Both the position numbers and the translations under genes were made by a program. Below the pieces are notes generated by a model. That model had not been told where the DNA came from and made no database searches. It saw nothing but the letters and a program-made list of their open reading frames with translations. A DNA stretch of 36,790 bases from Catajapyx aquilonaris (Eukaryota), in contig JYFJ02003879.1 of assembly GCA_000934665.2 (NCBI GenBank), positions 1 through 36,790 on the forward strand, given 5' to 3'. Below are positions 27,836 through 36,790 of this stretch, piece by piece (the first letter of the stretch is position 1; each line of letters opens with the position of its first letter).

Positions 27836-29452
27836 ATGTTGGAAACATCATCCGGAGGAGACAGCTCAATAAGTGACCACTCTCAAGAGGATGATCCCCG
27901 GCAGCCCCTGGGATGGGAGTGGACAGTTGAGTCCTCCTCATCTTCCTCAGCCTCGTCATCCTCCTCAGCCCAAACCTCCTCTGGCACCGGACAAGAAGAG
28001 TTTGCTTCAGAATGGGACTGGGACGATTCCTCCGTGGCCGGTGGCAATGTGACAGCCAAGGCCTCAGCGTCCCACGAAGACCAAATCCCCGAGTTCCTTG
28101 CCGTTCACGCCGTAGCCCTGAGCGCCGTAGCAGTCCTGGCAGTACTCTTCCTGTCTCCCCTTATCCTGTGTTCCAACGCCCTCCTGTTGACCGCCCTACA
28201 CCGATTCAAGAGGCTGAGGACCCCGGCTAACTACCTGGTAGTGTCCTTAGCCGCTGCCGACGTCGGCGTCGGCCTCTTCCTACCCGCAGGCCTGTACTTA
28301 GAACTGTCCCTACAGCCGCTGCCATCAGGTACCGGAAGCGGTAGCCTGTGCTCCCTGTGCGTTCTGCCCTTCTGTGTCGCACTGACCCTGGCCAGCGTGT
28401 CTCTGCTCAGCATGGCAGCCATTGCCCTCGACCGGTTCACATCACTGGCTCAGCCTCTAAGGTACCACAAGCAAACACAATGCCAAAACGTTGGCCCGTA
28501 TAAGATACAACTAACTTGTATGTGTTATACTTTCAGGTACAACAATCTGGTGACACATGCATCGGCCCAGCGGCACGTCATGATCCTCTGGTGCTGCTCG
28601 CTGCTGGCGGGCTTCTCCCCACTGATCCATTCCCGATGTCAGCAAAGCTCGTCGCCACCAACACACTGTTCTTCCTCGGTGCTGGACCTCAACCTTCTGG
28701 GCGTCTTGTTCCTCTTCCTGCATGGCCCCTGCTCGATCGTCCTCCTTGGCTGCTACGTTTACATCTACGTGGTAGCCCGGGGTCACGCCAGGGCCATCCA
28801 CTCTGTCCAGGTGGCTCTGATGCATCAGCACCAGGGGCAGGCTTCGGGACCAGGCGGTGGTGGAGGAGGACCCGGCGGTCGCGGCGGGGACCACGTAGCC
28901 AGGTACGGACACACGCTGGCTGTGACCGTGGGCGCGTTTCTGTGCCTCTGGATGCCGTGCCAGGTGGCCCTTCTGTCGGATGTGCTGTCCAATACGGCGC
29001 TTCTGGGGACCAGGTGGACTAGACTCTACCTTGGCCTCCTTCTGGCAGCCAACAGTGCAGCCAACCCCTGGATATACGGGTTCCGCAACTCTGAGCTCCG
29101 GTTCGCGGTACTTCGTCTGCTGAAGGAGCTGTTGACCAAGCTAGGCTTGCCACACGCCTACTGTAGTTGTCGTGCCACCAACGCAACTGAGATGAACAGC
29201 TACGCGTCCAACGTGCGACTGTGGACAGGCCCCGGTGCTACCGCTTCCGCAGTAGCAGCAGCAGCGGCTGCCCATGCTCATGGGCAGAGGGATACCGGAA
29301 CGGCCTTGGCAGGACGTCACGCACTGACTACACTGTACGTTCGAGCCAGCAGAGACGACTCGGAGGGTGGCATGGCCCAGGAGACCATCTTCGAGACGGA
29401 GTTGAGCGACGCCGAGGACAAATCCAGCAGGCAGGCTCTACTTCTCGAATAA
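27836..29452 (+). CDS. Class A (rhodopsin-like) orphan GPCR; join(27836-28461,28537-29452), 513 aa spliced
   Basis: TM1 SNALL; TM2 NYLVVSLAAADVGVG; TM3 AIALDRF followed by PLRY; TM4 W; TM5 CYVYIYVVARGHARAI; TM6 FLCLWMP; TM7 NSAANPWIYGFRNSELR. Intron 28462-28536 runs GTACCA...CTAAC...TTTCAG. Confidence 0.9.
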   Translation: MLETSSGGDSSISDHSQEDDPRQPLGWEWTVESSSSSSASSSSSAQTSSGTGQEEFASEWDWDDSSVAGGNVTAKASASHEDQIPEFLAVHAVALSAVAVLAVLFLSPLILCSNALLLTALHRFKRLRTPANYLVVSLAAADVGVGLFLPAGLYLELSLQPLPSGTGSGSLCSLCVLPFCVALTLASVSLLSMAAIALDRFTSLAQPLRYHKQTQCQNVGPYKIQLTCMCYTFRYNNLVTHASAQRHVMILWCCSLLAGFSPLIHSRCQQSSSPPTHCSSSVLDLNLLGVLFLFLHGPCSIVLLGCYVYIYVVARGHARAIHSVQVALMHQHQGQASGPGGGGGGPGGRGGDHVARYGHTLAVTVGAFLCLWMPCQVALLSDVLSNTALLGTRWTRLYLGLLLAANSAANPWIYGFRNSELRFAVLRLLKELLTKLGLPHAYCSCRATNATEMNSYASNVRLWTGPGATASAVAAAAAAHAHGQRDTGTALAGRHALTTLYVRASRDDSEGGMAQETIFETELSDAEDKSSRQALLLE

Positions 29453-32400
29453 GAGGGTTCCTGAGACTATACTGCCTTACTTGTTTTTTTGTTGTTGTTT
29501 TTTATTTCCGTGGATAAACTAGAAATGATTAGGTTGTGTTCTCAGGTACACATTCCTCATATTCTTTCTTAGTCCTGACAATAATGATGTTCTGAACGGA
29601 CGTGCGCAAAAAATGGCGATATCACACACTTCCACAGGGTGAGTGAGAAAAAATAACGTACTCTGAATCGTATATGTATTATGGGGTGACGCTTTGTACT
29701 GTAGGACAATGAAGGTAGTGTAGTCGACCGATTTCACGTCTTTAGCAACAAGAAAAACAAACTCGCTCAACTGTCTGTAATTTGAGCCCTTGGACATGAC
29801 TCTTAATTTATATTCATCTGTCACAGTGCCAGGGAGACTGATGCTAGAGGCTTCTCTAAAGTTGCCAAATTACGCGCAGGAACTACAGAACCCCCTACGG
29901 ATATAATTATAGCGGTTGTATTTTTCGGTAACCGCCTTATTAAAACCTTATTACTATATCATAGGCGTATGAGGCCTTGTTAAATTATTCTGCGAGACCA
30001 TATAACTTCGAGTAGTTCTGTTGAGCATCAACTTTTAGTAACGATCTTGGTACTTCACTTATACCTATAGGGTAATATTATTGATGACATGCGTGGAACT
30101 GGAAGTGAACAGGGTTGCAAGCTAAGGGAATGAACAAATATCTCGCATCCTTGGTGCAATGCTCTGAATGGCCTGATGTGAGAGATCCTTCCGATCTATT
30201 CGCCCAATTTTCATTACCATTACCAAAGAGGTGGCGCCACTTGATACGCCTACTGTACCCTATATGTTATTAGAAATAACGTTCTGGTGTAGCCTACATA
30301 CCGCCGAACAGCCTGACCAATTATATCCTATTCTCCACTACAGCTTTCTAATCACTGCAGATTTTCTTCTCGAGCGGACGCAAAAAAAAAAAAAAAAAAA
30401 AACGTATTTTATCGACTCTTCGGGAGATATTGGCCAACTTCTCCTTTTCAATCAAAATTCTTTCGAGCAACATGAGGCTACTATTTTTAGTAACTGAAAA
30501 TTTTCATTTTCAGTTTTATTGTGTAAAAAGGTAGTTCGTCAATTTGTATTGGGATCTCAATTGTGTAGGTGAAGGTTAACCTCTATAAGCTGATAGGGAA
30601 ACCTTCGATTTATATATGATTTTTTGGCATTATAAAATGTACAAAACGGTATAAGAAAACGTTTCGGTGTACTCGAATAAATGTTTCTTGTCGATTTATG
30701 TAATTTATTTTGGCTATATCAGCTCTATTGCGGAGATAATAGCGAGAGAGTTTAGTTATCTTGCTGAATGACGAAAAATAACCTGGCCCGACGGTGCTAT
30801 CCCACTATTTGTTTTCAAGTGGTATAATCAGCAGGATATTTTCTATCACTCATGTGGCTGTCATAACAAAAATTATTGACATTCGCTTATCACCGTAATG
30901 GCTCATAAATCGCCAAACTCAATTAGAGAAATTCGGCATTATAAATTTGCAGAGGAATGACTTGGCAACCATCTGTATATAAAATATATGTCACACCAAA
31001 AAATAAGAGCAAGGACAGATTTTAGAAATAGGTTTCAATAGCAACACTTGCGTTCGGATATCTTTGACGTTGAATTTTATCAATTATAAAAAATATGTGT
31101 TTGAGTTACTCTAATGAAAGCAGAGTTGCAGTTTAACTGACACAACATGAATCCCCTTTTATATGAAATTTTTTAGAAGGTAAGTGAACTTTTTATCACA
31201 TGCTAATATTGTTTTTATTCTTTTCCTGTCGTTGATTGGAAGCGACAGGCATGGAGGCTTCTTTAATTGAGACTGACATTTTATCTTTATGTATGAGTCA
31301 TCGACTGCCAGATAACTTATTCTCCTGGAAAATATTGATTCGGATTAATTTTTTTCTTCGTAATTTTCCGTGGGGCATTAACCTGAATGGGAAGCAGGTT
31401 CTGGGTATTTCCACCGAGTCGGTTGAGTGTTAAAACCATTTTTAAATTTAATGTCTTATCAATAAATTATTGTACACTGACGCACCGAGTAATTTACCCT
31501 TCGTTCCCGCTGTGTGATAGGCCCAGTTGCATGATCAATGGTAAATGCAGAAGTAGCAGTTAATCAAAGCTAGTCACTTATTCTGGATTTACTCTCGATC
31601 ATTCCACAGGCCCTTACGTGTCAAATGTCAATGGTCATGGGCCGTTGGTAGCTGAACCCATCGACATAGAAGAAAGTCAATACGAATTGCTTCATCCCTA
31701 TAACGGCTCACTCCCAGCTAAAGACCCCTTGGGAAATGGCTCCGAATATTCTCACAAGCAGGCTATACCATCCGTTGTCTCAGTTGGCATTGGGTCCGTT
31801 AAGAGGAACGCTATTCTAGTACTTAACGTATAAGCGCGTCGCTCAATAACCGAGTTCAAGCCTCCTAACCAAAAGCGTGGAGACATCTCCCTTGTAATTA
31901 GCATTTCAAAAGCCACGTTTTGAATATCCTTGAGATTTCAACTCTGGATGCGAGATATTTTGATTTGGTGCATAATATTTAACCAAGCTTTATCACAAAC
32001 GTTCGGTTGTGCAAGTTACATCCGACTGACATTTGAAAAGATGTGTTTTTGCTCCGAACGCGCCTGAAATTGAGATGTCTGCCATCGACGTGAGGCAAAT
32101 TCACACACAGAGAGATGGTTCCATGGCCATTTCATGTGATTCTACAGTATATGTGCTGTGATCAAGCGAATAGCAATCGATAGTTTGACACTCCCACCAA
32201 TGTAACACTTTTGAACATATTATTGTTTTTCGATTCGGTACAAAAGTGGAAACAAAAACTGATACTATGTGACATGAAAAATGCACGCGCAATATACAGT
32301 CAGTACGAGCGGGTATAAGCAGTACGCATCGTGGTCTGCCCCCTGCAGAGATTGTAAATCCAGCAATGGGTGCAAAACCGAATCGATTTCATTTGGTTAG

Positions 32401-35400
32401 CTATTCTAATAGGCCCTAACAAAAAAAATACAAAGCAATAGTTTCGCACTCCTGACACGCTAATCGGCCTCCCGTTAATAAACCAGTAGACTGTACTTCC
32501 CACAAATTAGCCTGGACTTGGCTCTCAAATTGATCTGGGCTCCTGGATTTCTGAATGCCTTTGCTTCCAACGCTATGCCTGACGTCCTAAGTGCCTTAGC
32601 TTGCTCCTCTGAGAACTGTGCATATAGCCCACCGTAATAAAAGCTTGTTTCGGTATCACAGTAGGCTTGATGTGTATGTTAGCGTAATCGTCCATGATGG
32701 CGGTTAGAGTAGTAGGGTACGTAATGGATAGCTATGCCGATTTCCCATTACGCTAAGCTAACAAAGACAAAAGCATTCTGGTCCTCTCTCTCTTTTTGGA
32801 TCAGAGGACCGATCATGGATGGTCTGTGCAGGCGGATACTGGACATGTCAACGGAGTCCTTATAGACCTACTGGTGTAACGGCAATTGCAGAGATTAAGA
32901 GATACTATTGCTAAAATTATATAATATATTGGTAACTAGCTTAATGCCAATAATGAATCGTGAATTTCCATCAACAATGTATATCCACGCTGAACAATAG
33001 GCCCTATTGTCGTCGAGGAGGTCCATACTTTTGTTTCTGCACCAGTAAGGCATATTGTGCAACTTCTTTAATTTCCTGATGATTTATGATATCCTTTCCG
33101 GTCGGATTCACATTTGCTAAATGAGACGGTAAAGCCCGCACTGACATCCCCATTATTAATCTTCGTCGCATTTTCTAGCCACGCTTGTTCCATTCATTTT
33201 TAAGAGGACTATAGATTTTTTTCGTGTTGTAATAACATGGAATCATCCATGGTGTTTATTGTTCTTGAGTTTGTGACCAGCACTATTATGAATGTCATCA
33301 GTTTCTCTGATGTAATTACAAAAGTAATGAATTAGATTTTGGCCTACAGTGCATTAATTCCATATATAGTATAATTTACGAACACATTAAACTGTAGAAG
33401 AGCCTCTGTCGCTTTTTTTTATTTCAGCATTCTGCACATTAGTTGTTTGCAGATTTTACACAAGTGTGGGATCAAAATGCCAACTGTGATGATCACACCC
33501 ACGAGAGGGTCAGGGGCGTGAAACTATTGTATGCTGCAATACTTTTGTCACTGGACCTACTGGAATAGAACCGACTGGAATCGATTTAGTATTGTGCCTA
33601 TTATAGCTGCAGAACACGATGTCACCGAATGCGTACTTTGCAGGTCACGTAGTATCGGTTTTTGCTTCCACTGTCATGTTGACTAAAGAAATCATGTGCA
33701 GTACTGTGGGGTGTCAAAATATCGATCACAGATCGGTACCGTTTTATCAAAGTGTGTACCGTAAAACCGCCATGAGTGGGCATGGTTTCGTCCTATAGTG
33801 TGTGTTGACTCTGATGTTGCAGCGATTTGTTAATATTTCAATTTTTTCTGTTATTTTCAAATTGTGCTTCATTTTTCATTTTTGAGGTACCTGTAATTTT
33901 TAAAAGGTTGTTAATGTGAAACGTCCCAAAATGGAGCTTCGCAAAACGGGCCTACCTATTTTTAAAGATTGCATTTTCAATTAGCTAAAAATTCACACTC
34001 ATACCACAGGAGCTCCAGACAATATACTTTTAACCAGCTGACAATCATGGATATTACCTTTCAAAAAATTTATAGGATTACCAGTATAGGCCTACTACCA
34101 ATTCGGGGGGGGGGGGAGGGGGGGAAAACTGAGGGCATTGTCTGCTCTACATACGCTAAAAAGGATACGGGGATTAGGCGGCTCTCATGTTAGGGAATGT
34201 CACACATGCTTCGACTAATCCCATTTCACAGAAAACCCCCTAACACTACTTTGCACTTTATGCTAGCATAGGCCTATTAATTATCTTGCTTGCATCTGAA
34301 AGTCTGCGTCTCCATGGACCGGATCTATAAATACCTGTGAAGAGATTTGTTCAAAACTTGTAAACGAATAATGACACGTGTGCCCTACATGCGTCAATCA
34401 ATATGTCGTAGCAATTCAAGACTTAAAGCCATATAAATAATTCCATTAGGTGGAACATAATGTTCCATGTAGCTGGTAAAGCCTTGAAGTTACGACAAGT
34501 AACACCAACAAGTAGAGAGGATCATATCAGGCGTCACTTCCTAATCACGTTTTATTGCCATACAAAATATTTAGGGCGAAACAAAGTGCTCAATATATTT
34601 AACAACATCATTCTGAATGTCGTGATACTTTTTAAGAACTGTAAGGAATATGACTGTATTTGATGGGCATCAGTAACAGTCAAGGAACGAGGTTATGATA
34701 TTTGTCCTCCTCTCCTCCGTCTGCACTATTGGTATCCGGATAGAAAATTGATTACCCACAACATGACAGTTGTGTCTGGATTCTCTGTTGTAAGGAATTT
34801 ACCGGTTGTCAAAAAAAAGCTCCGTCATTTGTAATAACCTCCGTGTTTATTTGTTTTTTTGCGATCGTTATAACCGATATCACGACGTCCAGAAGAGCCC
34901 GAGCTACTTTTTATTTGTCCGCAAGTTTAGGAAGCTATTACTTTTCTACGCAGTTAGAAAATAGCCTGTGCGTATTTTTTCAAGGAGAAAGAAGCTGAAA
35001 AATTTTTTGGAGTAATTCCGCAGATTGAAATATTTCTAGTTTTCATGAGCTATGTTGCCAACAATGGTTAGAGCCGAAGGACTGTTATTCCGAGTTAGTA
35101 AAATGTTTGAAAGAGGCTGATTTGTAATGAAATGCTTTTAGAGGCTAGTCACATTAATACTATCAATGAAGCATAAATCGTTTCTTATGTTGAAAAATAG
35201 CTGCGGTGCACTTTCTCATTTCAAAGAAGGACCGTTTTTCAATAGGACAGAGTAGAAAGCAATTCTTTCCACACGTGAAAAATCTCCTGACAAGTTCGAG
35301 TTCAAGTCACTTTAATTAAGAGTTGGTCCAATACTATACAGTATAGAGAGAGGAGTTTAGGGCAGAAGATTTTTGTTGCAAATGTGGAGCATCTGAGCAA

Positions 35401-35915
35401 AAATACTAGCTATGTTGTGTTACTTGTAGCAGTTCACCTCAAGGCGGATGATATGCAAGTGTCGGTATGCATTTATGGGAGAAATTATCCTTGAAACTGA
35501 TTACATAAAAAAGGTTTCTGAATTAGTAGCTAGTAGTAGGTTACATAATTGTTATCCTGGAGAATAGGTATTGACATCCTTCAGACAACTGTACCATTTG
35601 TTTTAGGTCAACGTTAGCGTACGTGCACTTACAATTAGTCACGTAATAAAGGTTTCAAGTGCCAATTTAAAAAAATCTATTGATGTTTACAAACTAAGAA
35701 AGATATATTAGCAGAAAACATTTTTTCGAACACATCGGCTTCATGCTGAGAGTACCAGTTTTCTTTTGCTGAAATGCTCCACTAATAAGCGACAAAAAGG
35801 TCGGCCCCCTTACCGAAATTTTCTCTACCTCGCGGCGAGGTCGTCAGACGAGCTTATGGCCACCCAACCGCATACTAGCGGTTGTTTCATTTCGCTATGT
35901 CGCGGGCGAAGTCGC

Positions 35916-36110
35916 GGCGAGGTGGCGGTCGGCGAGGTGGTCGCAAGGTGGCGGTGGCGAGGTGGCCACCTTGCCAGCCGAGGTAGTCGCGAGGTACCCA
36001 CCTTGCCAGCCGAGGTAGTCGCCAGCCGAGGTAGTCGCGAGGTACCCACCTCGCGACCACCTTGCCAGCCGAGGTAGTCGCGAGGTACCCACCACGCGAC
36101 CACCTCGCCA
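35916..36110. repeat. GC-rich minisatellite (~32-bp unit CCTTGCCAGCCGAGGTAGTCGCGAGGTACCCA) with inverted flanking copies
   Basis: GCCAGCCGAGGTAGTCGC occurs four times between ~35973 and 36082. The flanks GGCGAGGTGGTCGC and GCGACCACCTCGCC are inverted copies of each other. Confidence 0.85.
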
Positions 36111-36126
36111 CTATATTGATATTATA

Positions 36127-36693
36127 CAGGGTGCTCAAAAACTCGCGGAAAGTCGCCAGGTAGCCTGATAGGACTCGCAAAACTAATATAGGGATGTGGA
36201 AGTAGTTTTGGGCTAACTTGCATAGTTTTTGCGTACGACGCCATCAAGATTTCGGCAGTTTCATGACGTCACATCCGCCTTGAGGCGCCCATTGCGTCAT
36301 CATACATCTTGTTGTGGCTGTTGCCATTGGCACTAATTATTGTTGCGAATATTGTCAACTGTGATTGTTGAGAAATAAACAACGATTTCAGTCTGGCAAT
36401 TGAGGTGTCGACTGGCCACAGATACAAGCAGAAATCGTTGTTTATTTCTCAACAATCACAGTTGACAATATTCGCACCAATAATCAGTGCCAATGGCAAC
36501 AGCCACAACAACATGTATGATGACGCAATGGGGGCCTCAAGGCGGATGGGACGTCATGAAACTGCCGAAATCTTGAAGGCGTCGTACGCAAAAACTATGC
36601 AAGTTAGCCCAAAACTACTTCCACATCCCTATATTAGTTTTGCGAGTCCTATCAGGCTACCTGGCGACTTTCCGCGAGTTTTTGAGCACCCTG
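36127..36693. mobile_element. 567-bp foldback MITE with Tc1/mariner-type ends (CAGGGTG...CACCCTG, TA TSD)
   Basis: The arms 36127-36389 and 36431-36693 (263 bp each) are reverse complements with about 6 mismatches by eye, separated by a 41-bp spacer. TA flanks both sides. Confidence 0.92.
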
Positions 36694-36790
36694 TATATAA
36701 ATTAATTTCGGTAAGGGGACCTCGTCATGACGAGCTTGCCGCTACTTGGCGCCGAGCAAGTCACACTGGGGATGGGGAAGTGGCTTTTTC

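Larger units (their letters stand above)
35806..36718. mobile_element. Non-autonomous CMC/EnSpm-like element hosting the foldback insertion
   Basis: Perfect 15-bp inverted repeats CCCCTTACCGAAATT (35806-35820) and AATTTCGGTAAGGGG (36704-36718). The interior contains direct and inverted GC-rich repeats. The TSD is not resolved. Confidence 0.55.

Noticed and set aside
31610..31833. Exon-like open frame after CCACAG (GPYVSNVNGHGPLVAEPIDIEESQY...)
   Set aside because: No recognisable homology and no partner exons identified.
32480..33300. Protein-like minus-strand stretches (e.g. YYGGLYAQFSEEQAKALRTSGIALEAK)
   Set aside because: They are short and interrupted by stops, with no recognised family; a BLASTX search would be needed.
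35960..36100. ~32-bp repeats as a CRISPR array
   Set aside because: Units are head-to-tail with no unique spacers, no cas genes are present, and the context is eukaryotic.

Overview
This is eukaryotic genomic DNA, most likely from a pancrustacean arthropod (inferred from gene content and SINE types). Three protein-coding genes are well supported. (1) An intronless divergent ionotropic receptor (IR/variant iGluR), minus strand, 4278-6773. (2) A five-exon two-pore K+ channel of the Task7 type, minus strand, 12389-18430, 418 aa, with the atypical A92-M93-I-G-Y-G-H first pore loop. (3) A class A orphan GPCR, plus strand, 27836-29452, with one stop-free 75-nt intron. Intergenic DNA is rich in small transposons. 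A degenerate tandem repeat at 0.9-4.2 kb carries four non-autonomous DNA transposons of different superfamilies, each with an intact TSD. Two families of tRNA-derived SINEs are present (one V-SINE-like), along with decayed LINE fragments and a near-perfect 567-bp foldback element nested in a CMC-like element at the right end. A possible orphan multi-pass membrane-protein ORF with one in-frame TGA lies at 8730-9299. I saw no CRISPR array, rRNA or genuine tRNA gene, and I cannot support a wholly new multi-gene system. All analysis was by eye, without database searches.
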